Below, piece after piece: positions 9,040 to 17,000 of a stretch of 34,320 bases of DNA. Under the pieces are notes generated by a model that was given only the letters and a program-made list of their open reading frames with translations, was not told where the DNA came from and made no database searches. A program made the position numbers and the translations under genes. The stretch covers positions 1 through 34,320 of the forward strand of contig JBHLPB010000002.1 of NCBI GenBank assembly GCA_048939905.1. Reading direction: 5' to 3'. Each line of letters begins with the position of its first letter. The stretch's first letter is position 1. The DNA comes from Promethearchaeota archaeon (GTDB lineage: Archaea; Asgardarchaeota; Thorarchaeia; Thorarchaeales; Thorarchaeaceae).

Positions 9040-9085
9040 CCACCAGACAGATGGATCATCTGTGTGGTGGCGATTTCATTTTTCT
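9040..9085 (+). terminator. Hairpin plus T-tract after trx1
   Basis: CCACCAGACAGATG (9040-9053) pairs with CATCTGTGTGGTGG (9057-9070), giving a 14-bp stem with one mismatch and a 3-nt loop. 'gatttcatttttctc' follows immediately. The element begins 13 nt after the trx stop codon. Confidence 0.45.
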
Positions 9086-9151
9086 CAATATACTCATCTT
9101 GTCCAGCAAGATTCATAGCCTGCCTGCTTTTCTTGGTTCTTTCTGGACGAG

Positions 9152-9526
9152 ATGGTCTTGGTCAAAGAAGTTGATATTGAAGGAGCCGAGTATGCAGTAG
9201 CGAAGTCAAGAGTGACCCTCATAGACTGTTGGGCACCTTGGTGCAAACCATGTAAGGATCTCGCGCCAATTCTAGAGAACCTTGAGAAGTCCTATGCTGA
9301 CAACCCGGACGTATCCTTCGTGAAGATAGATGTGCAGGAGCATTATGAATACGGGAGAACGCATAGTATCATGGCAATACCCTGTGTTCTGGTATTCTAT
9401 GAAGGCGAGCCGGCGCTCTTCGAGGATCCTAGTGGTCGAATGGGAAATAGAAAGACTGACCGTCTGATTGGGTTGAGACCCCAAGAACACTACGAGTCCG
9501 TTATAGGCCACCTTCTTCAAACATAG
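9152..9526 (+). CDS. Thioredoxin paralogue (WCKPC active site)
   Basis: The 124-aa ORF has an ATG start. 'CWAPWCKPCKDLAPILENL' is present, and the overall length and the C-terminal 'DRLIGLRP..' parallel the upstream trx ('DRLIGVMP..'). Confidence 0.8.
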   Translation: MVLVKEVDIEGAEYAVAKSRVTLIDCWAPWCKPCKDLAPILENLEKSYADNPDVSFVKIDVQEHYEYGRTHSIMAIPCVLVFYEGEPALFEDPSGRMGNRKTDRLIGLRPQEHYESVIGHLLQT

Positions 9527-9551
9527 GCCATTCCAAGCAGTTCACCTGATG

Positions 9552-9560
9552 TTTTATATT
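9552..9560 (+). promoter_or_regulatory. TATA-like box for the LbH/gamma-CA gene
   Basis: 'ttttatatt' lies 49-57 nt upstream of the ATG at 9609, and 'GTGAGGTAG' lies between as a Shine-Dalgarno-like motif. The alternative ATG at 9549 would overlap this box. Confidence 0.3.
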
Positions 9561-9608
9561 CCACTACACTACAACGAGCTAAGACCAGAGCTTAGTGAGG
9601 TAGTAACA

Positions 9609-10133
9609 ATGCCGATTCTTCCCTTCGGAGATAAGAACCCAAAGATTGACACGAAGGCCTACATTAGCCCACAGGCAACCATCGTCGGAGATGTGGAGAT
9701 TGGAGAGGGGGCTAGTGTGTGGCCAGGAGCCGTGATAAGAGGCGACCAGGCCTCTGTTCGCATAGGCGAGAATTCTTGCATTCAAGATAGCGTTGTTGTC
9801 CATGCGCACACAGATGATAATCCTGCCATCATTGGAAATCTCAGTGTCATAGGCAGTGCCTCCGTTATTCATGGAGTGTATATTGGTGACTCTGCGAACA
9901 TCGGAGAGGGATGCGTCGTCTTTGATGGGGCCACGCTTGGCGAAGGCATCATGCTGGCGCCTGGTAGTATAGTTCCACCCAACATTGTAATACCTCCAAG
10001 AAGCCTCAACTCAGGAGTCCCAGCATCTCAGATACGAGAACTCTCTAGAGAAGAGGTAGAGAAACAGACTCTGAGAGCTGAAGCAATAGCTCAGGTGTTC
10101 CAGAAGCTGAAGAGATGGCAGGGAGCACCGTAG
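9609..10133 (+). CDS. Gamma-carbonic-anhydrase-family / left-handed beta-helix (hexapeptide repeat) protein
   Basis: 'PKIDTKAYISPQATIVGDVEIGEGASVWPGAVIRGD' and the repeated [LIV]-G-x4 hexapeptides fit the family. The ORF is open from 9549, but the family normally begins near 'MPI..F'. Confidence 0.8.
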   Translation: MPILPFGDKNPKIDTKAYISPQATIVGDVEIGEGASVWPGAVIRGDQASVRIGENSCIQDSVVVHAHTDDNPAIIGNLSVIGSASVIHGVYIGDSANIGEGCVVFDGATLGEGIMLAPGSIVPPNIVIPPRSLNSGVPASQIRELSREEVEKQTLRAEAIAQVFQKLKRWQGAP

Positions 10134-10134
10134 A

Positions 10135-11271
10135 TCATATGGTTTCCCTCGCTACGTTTGAGAGACTTTCAAGTCCATCTTCCACAACGACAAAGAGATC
10201 CGAAATCTTCATGGCCCCGGTCTTTGGGGAATAGATTGAGGGATTCAGGGAAAAGACCATTCCTTCTCTAAGCGAACTGTCGCTATCTGAGTGAATCCAA
10301 GGAGGCTCTCTGAGGTCTAGGCCTATAGAGTTCCCAACAGGCCGCTGAAGGCTGTCAGCTGGTATCTTCTTCCCCAACTTCTTCATGATCTTTCCATGAA
10401 CAACTGACAATCTTGCACCCGGCTTCATCACTTTCTCAGCGGTCTTATACACCTGAAGGAGCCCCTCGAAGGCCCTTCGTTGAGTCTTGTTAGGTTGACC
10501 GGTATGTAGAGTCCTTGCAGCTTCAGCAAAGTAACCGGACTCACTGACTGTGACGTCAATTGTCACAAGAGAATCACTGGCGATCCTGTTTCCACTTGGT
10601 TGGGCAAAGGGGAATCTTGCGTGGTCGCCTGACAGTACTGCAGCCCGGATTCCTCTGAGTTGGCCCCCTGCAGCTCTCATGGCAGACTCAATCTCAATCG
10701 ACGCGTCAACCTCAAGAGTCCCAGGGTGCACAATCTCCAAGGCGGTTCTAACTCCAATCTCAGCTATCCCTACAGACTTTCGAATGGCCTCTATCTCTGC
10801 TTCATCCTTAATCTGCCTGAGCTGCCATAACATGGATGATGCACCCTTGAAGCCTGCACCGGGTAGTCTCCCCCTGAGATAGTCCAGTTCTTTGATCGAG
10901 ATACGTTCTTGCTGCAGACCAATAACACCAGAATCAGACCCGAGTTCCTCCAGAGTCGTTGCCACTCTGTCCCAGAATGACTCGTCACGATTGTAGCCCA
11001 ACTCATCAACGGGTTCACCATCCGTGCGTTGAACCGCGGCCATTATCGAATTATGCCCAATTGCATCATGCTGCAGTCCCGACATGATCAACTGGGGTTG
11101 GTGTCCTTCCACTATCACGCAACCAAATGGCAGAGAGCTTGTGGGGCTTTCATATCCGGTGAAATACTGAACGTCCGGCCGCCTGGTCAAGACAAGGGCT
11201 TCAATCGCCTCCTTCTTCATGGAACGATAAGCTCTCTCAAGTCGTTTGGGTGTAAACTGCAAGCAAGCCAT
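10135..11271 (-). CDS. M24-family Xaa-Pro aminopeptidase (creatinase-like N-domain plus pita-bread fold)
   Basis: The 378-aa ORF has 'LRQIKDEAEIEAIRKS', a typical M24B linker, followed by a catalytic-domain-length C-terminus. Its stop lies 1 nt from the stop of the convergent gene. Confidence 0.75.
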   Translation of the reverse strand: MACLQFTPKRLERAYRSMKKEAIEALVLTRRPDVQYFTGYESPTSSLPFGCVIVEGHQPQLIMSGLQHDAIGHNSIMAAVQRTDGEPVDELGYNRDESFWDRVATTLEELGSDSGVIGLQQERISIKELDYLRGRLPGAGFKGASSMLWQLRQIKDEAEIEAIRKSVGIAEIGVRTALEIVHPGTLEVDASIEIESAMRAAGGQLRGIRAAVLSGDHARFPFAQPSGNRIASDSLVTIDVTVSESGYFAEAARTLHTGQPNKTQRRAFEGLLQVYKTAEKVMKPGARLSVVHGKIMKKLGKKIPADSLQRPVGNSIGLDLREPPWIHSDSDSSLREGMVFSLNPSIYSPKTGAMKISDLFVVVEDGLESLSNVARETI

Positions 11272-11351
11272 CTCGGGTGAGTCGGAACTGACTTCCCTGT
11301 CGAATTATCCGCTCATTTAAGCATAATGTCGATGCGAAATAAAGGAGTGTA

Positions 11352-11429
11352 TGGCGGGACCGCCCGGATTCGAACCGGGGATTTCCAACTCCGCAGGCTG
11401 GCGCCTTATCCATGCTAGACTACGGCCCC
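11352..11429 (-). tRNA. tRNA-Arg (anticodon GCG), CCA encoded
   Basis: The reverse complement folds by hand as GGGGCCG-TA-GTCT-AGCATGGATA-AGGC-G-CCAGC-CTGCGGA-GTTGG-AAATC-CCCGG-TTCGAAT-CCGGG-CGGTCCC-G-CCA. This gives a 7-bp acceptor stem (one G-U), a T-loop TTCGAAT, and an anticodon loop C-U-GCG-G-A. Confidence 0.9.
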
Positions 11430-11451
11430 ACTGAGGCGGGGCCAAGTCGGC

Positions 11452-11456
11452 TTATA
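11452..11456 (-). promoter_or_regulatory. TATA box of tRNA-Arg(GCG)
   Basis: The minus strand reads 'gagtcTATAAgccg', 23-27 nt upstream of the mature tRNA 5' end. The second tRNA shows the same geometry. Confidence 0.4.
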
Positions 11457-11497
11457 GACTCTTCGTTGAGATGCAACAGAAGTTGATGGTCGGCCTT

Positions 11498-11704
11498 TCA
11501 ACAGTGTGGGACTTCTAGTGCTCTGACTACTGCCTTCCCCCCTCGCTTTGTGACTCTTAGTGTGACAGAAGATGTCTGGAGTATGAAACTCTCACCCTCT
11601 TCCAGAACGTCCATTACAGTGCGTCCCATGGGTCCATTCAGGTAGCGCGCGAATCTCTTAACAATCCGTTCAGTGGATGAGGAGAACTTGTTCATCATGC
11701 TCAT
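11498..11704 (-). CDS. Small hypothetical protein (68 aa) between the two tRNA-Arg genes
   Basis: The ORF has an ATG start and is on the same strand as both tRNAs. 'ttttaaa' (11746-11752) lies 42-48 nt upstream of the ATG, and a 13-nt palindrome CTCTTGTCAAGAG lies between them. I recognise no family. Confidence 0.4.
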   Translation of the reverse strand: MSMMNKFSSSTERIVKRFARYLNGPMGRTVMDVLEEGESFILQTSSVTLRVTKRGGKAVVRALEVPHC

Positions 11705-11793
11705 GGTGCGCGACCTCTTGTCAAGAGCGAGTGCTCCGACAGGTCTTTTAAACTCAGATTGAACTTGCCGCCTCGAGAATCAACTGAGAATGA

Positions 11794-11871
11794 TGGCGGG
11801 ACCGGCCGGATTTGAACCGGCGATACCCAACTCCGGAGGCTGGTGCCTTATCCATGCTAGACTACGGCCCC
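11794..11871 (-). tRNA. tRNA-Arg (anticodon CCG), CCA encoded
   Basis: The reverse complement is GGGGCCG-TA-GTCT-AGCATGGATA-AGGC-A-CCAGC-CTCCGGA-GTTGG-GTATC-GCCGG-TTCAAAT-CCGGC-CGGTCCC-G-CCA. The acceptor, D-arm and anticodon stem are identical to the GCG isoacceptor. Confidence 0.9.
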
Positions 11872-11893
11872 AAGCATCCACGAATTGCGGTTC

Positions 11894-11899
11894 TTTAAA
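11894..11899 (-). promoter_or_regulatory. TATA box of tRNA-Arg(CCG)
   Basis: 'TTTAAA' lies 23-28 nt upstream of the mature tRNA 5' end. Confidence 0.4.
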
Positions 11900-11913
11900 G
11901 ATTTGCCCAAGAT

Positions 11914-12435
11914 TCAGCTTGTGATCATCGTGGGGTCAATCAACCACCACGCACCTCTTTTGCCCTTGATCTCCCCTTTCTCGAAGGAGAGTATTGGCTT
12001 GCCAAGAATCTCCTGGGCGCGTTCGTTCAACTTCGCGATGCGAACATGAATGGTCTTACGTTTTTGCCGATCGTTGAGTAGACTGTCGGCAAGTTCGGGT
12101 GTGGAGGCCCCTTGATATTGAAGCAAATAGGCTAGGATGTTCCTGTCAAGATCGTCTCTGCATACTTGACTAGTTGTTACGTCATTCAGCCCGCCATAGA
12201 AGACGCTTGTGGACCTCACCTCCTCAAGATGTTCCACACGAGCTCTGAGTTGCTCAACCTCTTCAGCAAGCTCGTGCACAATGGGAGGGATATCCTTGTC
12301 CAGTCGCCAGAGGACTGCATCTTTGATGAACTTCTTTCGACCTTGTTTCCCTACGACCTTGTCAATTCGCTTCAGAACATCCTTTTCCAATCGGAGGTGT
12401 ATTCTCTCACCTCGGTCAGGGCCTCTCTTGGTCAT
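11914..12435 (-). CDS. Putative transcriptional regulator (N-terminal ribbon-helix-helix, C-terminal winged-helix-like)
   Basis: The 173-aa ORF has 'RIHLRLEKDVLKRIDKVV..RKKFIKDAVLWRL', an RHH pattern. It is followed by a coiled 'ELAEEVEQLRARVEHLEE' and by 'ILAYLLQYQGASTPELADSL..IHVRIAKLNERA', which is HTH-like. This is a pattern-level call. Confidence 0.5.
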   Translation of the reverse strand: MTKRGPDRGERIHLRLEKDVLKRIDKVVGKQGRKKFIKDAVLWRLDKDIPPIVHELAEEVEQLRARVEHLEEVRSTSVFYGGLNDVTTSQVCRDDLDRNILAYLLQYQGASTPELADSLLNDRQKRKTIHVRIAKLNERAQEILGKPILSFEKGEIKGKRGAWWLIDPTMITS

Positions 12436-12592
12436 CCATCCTCACACCAGATTCTTGCAGATTCGTGATTATCCTTGTCTGGAAACAGTTTAAGGAGAAA
12501 AAGCCTTCTCTTGAAGGACGAGGGCTGTTACTCCGACACAGTTATAACAAATTCCACAGGGAGCACGCTGAAGAATGCGACGGTGACAGTCC

Positions 12593-13084
12593 ATGGTCAA
12601 CAAGGAGAAGGCTTTGAAGCGAGAGCTGGTCCGACTAAGAAAGACACAGAACCCACAGCAAGTGGACTCCAGAAGAATTCGCAAGATGCTCAGGGCAAGA
12701 GCCAAGCTCCGGTCGGAAAAGAGAAAGGTCGTTGTCGTGCCGAAGATCGAGAAAGAGAAGAAGCCGAAGGCCAAGAAGCCCAGAAGGAAGAAGGAACCAG
12801 AGTTAGAGATCATCGAGGACGAGCCGGAACTGGAGATCATTGAAGAAATCGACCAACTGGTCCTTGAAGAGAAGAAGAAGGCCAGGAAGCCAAAGAAGAA
12901 GAAAGAGCCAGAGCTGGAAGTCATTGAAGACGAACCAGTTGTTGAAGAGAAGAAAAAGCCCAAGAAGAAGAAAGAACCAGAGCTAGAGGTCATTGAAGAC
13001 GAACCTGATGACGATTTCATAGACGAAGAACTCGCCGACCTCTATACCTACGACGAGGATATTGATGAGGAAGAGCTCGACTAG
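12593..13084 (+). CDS. Highly charged K/E-rich repeat protein with acidic tail
   Basis: The 163-aa ORF starts at the ATG at 12593. That ATG is preceded by GGTGA (12582-12586, 6-nt spacer) and by 'ttataa' (12542-12547). The motif 'KKEPELE[IV]IEDEP' occurs three times, at 12788-12826, 12899-12937 and 12968-13006. The tail reads 'DDDFIDEELADLYTYDEDIDEEELD'. Two other long ORFs overlap this region and are treated as low-complexity shadows. Confidence 0.55.
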   Translation: MVNKEKALKRELVRLRKTQNPQQVDSRRIRKMLRARAKLRSEKRKVVVVPKIEKEKKPKAKKPRRKKEPELEIIEDEPELEIIEEIDQLVLEEKKKARKPKKKKEPELEVIEDEPVVEEKKKPKKKKEPELEVIEDEPDDDFIDEELADLYTYDEDIDEEELD

Positions 13085-13173
13085 GAATCTTGAACGCCCG
13101 ACCCACAACAAAGAATAAGGCGAGGGTAGACCAGAAGCTCTGTATACGCTGCTAATCCATTCTGCATGCAGAT

Positions 13174-14019
13174 ATGCTCCTGGTGATTCCTATGACCACT
13201 CTTCTTGGAATTGTGAAATATCTCGAGTCCATTGCACCTCCACGGCTAGTCTTCAAAGGGCTAGAGAATAGGGTAGAGATAGGTCCTCAGACTGAAAGCG
13301 AACAGGAGAAGACTACAATAAACAGGATTGTCGTCGCGACATATCCTTCTGGACGGGTTGTTACGAAGGCATCACAAGATAAGGCCAATCTGCTAATCAC
13401 GCACAGACCACTTTTCCCGTTCGCTGTTGATAGAATCTCGGGCCTTGACCTAATCAGGATAAGACTACTTACGAAGAACTACATCTCAAGCTTGACTCTC
13501 GGCAGTCCTTGGATTTGTGCAAGAGATGGTCTAGCGGATGCCTTTGTTGAGATGCTTGAGCTGAAGAGAGTCGGATATTTCTCAATCATGGGGGACCTGG
13601 ATGAAGTGGTCCCTGCAGGCAGGGTATGCCGCCCCCCAGATGTCATGAATCATTCACGCTTTGCCAACTACTTGACAGAGAAAGCTGGGGTTGAGTCAGT
13701 CATATTCTCTGGGGACTTGGATGATGAAGTGAAACAGATCCTTGTCTTTCCCGGCAGTCATGTTGACGTTCCGGAGATTATTGAAGCGAAGAATCTTGAC
13801 ATTGCATCTCTGGTCACAGGAGAGCTCTCCCCGGAGGTCAGACTCTTGGCTATCGAGGAGGGGCTTCACATTTTCGAACTGGGAGCCTTTGTGACAGAAG
13901 AGCCAGGAATGAGAAGGCTCAGACACCAATTCAGTCTAGAGTTTCCCGACTTGAAGGTGGAGTTTGTTGAGTCGGCCCCACCCACAAAATCGCTCTCTTA
14001 CAAGAAAGAGAGGCACTGA
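13174..14019 (+). CDS. NIF3-family (dinuclear-metal-centre fold) protein, ligand positions apparently degenerate
   Basis: 'ANLLITHRPLFPF' corresponds to the NIF3 'dliitHHPlif' block. The length and the 'TGELS..A.EEGL..FELG' block match the family C-terminus. The real start may be the second ATG, at 13192. Confidence 0.65.
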   Translation: MLLVIPMTTLLGIVKYLESIAPPRLVFKGLENRVEIGPQTESEQEKTTINRIVVATYPSGRVVTKASQDKANLLITHRPLFPFAVDRISGLDLIRIRLLTKNYISSLTLGSPWICARDGLADAFVEMLELKRVGYFSIMGDLDEVVPAGRVCRPPDVMNHSRFANYLTEKAGVESVIFSGDLDDEVKQILVFPGSHVDVPEIIEAKNLDIASLVTGELSPEVRLLAIEEGLHIFELGAFVTEEPGMRRLRHQFSLEFPDLKVEFVESAPPTKSLSYKKERH

Positions 14020-14023
14020 GTCC

Positions 14024-14914
14024 TTATTCATCATCCGGATAGCGGATAATGACTACGTTCTTGTTGCGTTCGCAACCGACGTAATCTGCCACTGGAAGAC
14101 ACTTTGTTCTGAAGATATGAACAGTCGGACAGTGTGGTTCGAATTCAGTCATTGATTCGAAGTTGCCCATTCCCTTTGCTACAATCAGCTCTGCTGACAA
14201 GAAGACATCCTTGAAAGCCTCTGAGTTTCTCTCGAGATTGACACCAATCGCTGCGGCACCTGTATCTATCACCTCGTCTGCGCAATGAGAGAGACCTACC
14301 TCTTCGGCATCTGTCATCGTGGCATCGTTGAGGACAGGCCCACCCTTGACAACGGCGATTACCTTGGGGCCTAGACGCTTTATCTCAGAGATGAGAATCA
14401 TGTCCAGAACAATCTCACCAGCATTGTCTGTTAGGAACAGGACTTCCTTGGCTCTCAGACACAGGTTCATGAATTCTTCAACCTGATCAAAGGCAAGGTC
14501 TGATTCAACACGTTCGAGAATATGCCTTAGCTCATCAAGGGTGAAGTCGCGACCGGAAACGTCGAACTCGATGGCATTGGCAGCAGCAGCTACCAGCGCG
14601 GCCCTCCTGAATCGCATATTTGAATCTGTTACTTCTTCAACCAGTTCCTTCAGGTCAGGAAGGATGCTGAGGACCATAGCGTTTGATTCGCTTTTTAGAT
14701 CCTCGTATGGATCCCTTCCTGTCATTCTCTGAACCAAGAGGTCTCTATCAGTGCCTATGTGGCTTGGAACTGACTCGGTATTGAAGTTCTTTCCCAGGAA
14801 CTCAAGCATGGCGGAAACTACTCTCATCTGTAGATCGGGGTCATCAGTAGCCAGCTTTGTCTGATTGACTGCACGGTCAAGCAGACAGTGAGCGCAATGG
14901 AGGGTCACCTTCAC
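14024..14914 (-). CDS. DUF89 / ARMT1-like damage-control phosphatase
   Basis: The 296-aa ORF begins with 'CAHCLLDR' and contains the 'FLTDNAGEIVLD' metal-binding block typical of DUF89. Confidence 0.8.
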   Translation of the reverse strand: MKVTLHCAHCLLDRAVNQTKLATDDPDLQMRVVSAMLEFLGKNFNTESVPSHIGTDRDLLVQRMTGRDPYEDLKSESNAMVLSILPDLKELVEEVTDSNMRFRRAALVAAAANAIEFDVSGRDFTLDELRHILERVESDLAFDQVEEFMNLCLRAKEVLFLTDNAGEIVLDMILISEIKRLGPKVIAVVKGGPVLNDATMTDAEEVGLSHCADEVIDTGAAAIGVNLERNSEAFKDVFLSAELIVAKGMGNFESMTEFEPHCPTVHIFRTKCLPVADYVGCERNKNVVIIRYPDDE

Positions 14915-14975
14915 CTTGATTCGCCGCTTCGGAACGCTCTAGCTTCAGTGAAAAATGAACCGGAATGGGAACAGA

Positions 14976-15734
<759 letters not shown>

Positions 15735-15754
15735 CTATGCTGAAGATTGACGGC

Positions 15755-16480
15755 TCACCGTGCTTGGCCAATGAGAAGCTTCAGAAGGGGTATCCGAGCG
15801 TAGCCGCGTCTATTCATGCTGGTGATGTCTTTCCGAAGCTCAATCTTTACAAACTTACCTGCATCGGGTTTCCGGTAGTCCCTAATGTATATCCTTGAGA
15901 AATCGGCAAACGTTGATGCACTCATTAGCTCTGCTACAGTGTCATTTGCGATTCGAATGTACACGTCCTCGTCCGGTGCCGAGCCGGTGCCGTATTTGAA
16001 CTCTCCATTAGCCTCCTTCGCCACATAAAACCTCTCACCCTCTGCCATGAACTCTAGGGCGAACTCATCGGGACCTGCTAATCCAGCTACTGCAGTGGGG
16101 TCTCCGAAGAGGTACTTGAGACGCTCAGTGAACTCTGAATGGTGGGGGAGCGGCGGGGCTCGATCAATAGGGGCGGTTTCTTCGGGCTCAGCCTCTTCAG
16201 GTTCGACCTCAAGTTCTGCTTCTAGTTCAGGTTCCAGTTCTGCTTCTGGCTCAGGTTCAGGTTCGACCTCAGGTTCTGCTTCTAGTTCAGGTTCCAGTTC
16301 TGCTTCTGGCTCAGGTTCAGGTTCGACCTCAGGTTCCTCGCCCACAGGCTCTTCCAAAACCTCCGGAGGCGCGGCTTCCTCGTGGACTGGTTCTTCTGTG
16401 GTTTCTTCAGCTGGAACCTCTTCAGCCGGCTTCTCTTCCTTCTCCTCTTCTCGCCCGAGAAGTTTCCTAATTCTTTCCAT
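15755..16480 (-). CDS. Protein with a long acidic P/E repeat linker and a C-terminal globular (possibly SCP2-like) domain
   Basis: I prefer the ATG at 16480 ('MERIRKLLGREEEKEEK'); the ORF is open from 16516. The middle is about 100 residues of E/P/A/L/V repeats. The C-terminal roughly 120 aa, 'ERFYVAKEANGEFKYG..DVYIRIANDTVAELMS..KFVKIELRKDITSMNRRG', resembles an SCP2-type fold only loosely. Confidence 0.55.
   Translation of the reverse strand: MERIRKLLGREEEKEEKPAEEVPAEETTEEPVHEEAAPPEVLEEPVGEEPEVEPEPEPEAELEPELEAEPEVEPEPEPEAELEPELEAELEVEPEEAEPEETAPIDRAPPLPHHSEFTERLKYLFGDPTAVAGLAGPDEFALEFMAEGERFYVAKEANGEFKYGTGSAPDEDVYIRIANDTVAELMSASTFADFSRIYIRDYRKPDAGKFVKIELRKDITSMNRRGYARIPLLKLLIGQAR
16201..16336. 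repeat. 60-bp tandem repeat, about 2.3 copies, inside the acidic linker
   Basis: Positions 16201-16260 and 16261-16320 are identical except 16212 (a) versus 16272 (g). Positions 16321-16336 begin a third copy. On the minus strand the repeat encodes 'EPEVEPEPEPEAELEPELEA' twice. Confidence 0.95.
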
Positions 16481-16609
16481 CTTACACACGGTCTCCTGAA
16501 GTAGAAGGAACAGCATGATTGTCGGGTCTGCTCCAATCCTACTACATTGGTCGGCTTGGACTGACCCTAGTTTGTGTCGGTCATAGAAAAAGGTAATCTG
16601 GCTGTACAG

Positions 16610-16840
16610 TTAGCGGGGAGGCTCAACCGGTGCTGCAGCAGAAACCGTAGGGATATCCTGCAGCTGAGCAACAAGAGGAACAGACTTCGACTGGGTCCTG
16701 TCGCCCCAGAGCTCATCTACAAGTAAGTCGCGAATTGCTATTCTTATCACTTCAGAGCGGTTGGGATACTTCAACTGCCCGATTAGCTTGTCGAGCCCTT
16801 CCACATAGGATTCAGGCAGGCATATAGTCACGACTTTCAT
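16610..16840 (-). CDS. CopG-family ribbon-helix-helix protein
   Basis: 'MKVVTICLPESYVEGLDKLIGQLKYPNRSEVIRIAIRDLL' is a classic RHH pattern. I prefer the ATG at 16840 over the TTG at 16846. Confidence 0.65.
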   Translation of the reverse strand: MKVVTICLPESYVEGLDKLIGQLKYPNRSEVIRIAIRDLLVDELWGDRTQSKSVPLVAQLQDIPTVSAAAPVEPPR

Positions 16841-17000
16841 TATCAACCAACAATCTGGGAGCCAAACACGCTAAAGAAAGCGTGTCATTTCCAGATTGAC
16901 ACGGGGGTATTATTCACTCTGACACTCACGAATCGCAGAGCTTATTTCTCTGAACACTCGAACGAGGCCATACACAATCTGATATCAGCTGGTGAAATCA

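Noticed and set aside
12475-13020. Long ORFs 12475-12843 (plus) and 12490-13020 (minus) overlapping the K/E-rich gene
   Set aside because: Their translations are poly-S/F/G or R/E/G low-complexity strings, as expected for off-frame and antisense readings of AAG/GAA-rich repeats. Only the 12593 frame has a well-placed TATA box and Shine-Dalgarno motif.
11352-13084. tRNA-adjacent region as an integrated mobile element or provirus remnant
   Set aside because: I saw no integrase or recombinase, no duplicated tRNA 3'-half that could serve as att sites, and no phage- or plasmid-like genes. The two tRNAs are full-length isoacceptors.
16201-16336. Tandem repeats as a possible CRISPR array
   Set aside because: The units are directly adjacent with no spacers. 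They lie in frame inside a coding region, and no cas genes are present.
16047-16499. 150-aa plus-strand ORF rich in Ser/Gly, and minus ORF 16282-16536
   Set aside because: The plus-strand ORF is the antisense reading of the GAG/CCA-rich acidic repeat, and the minus ORF is an off-frame reading of it. Both are pure low complexity, so I treat them as shadow ORFs.
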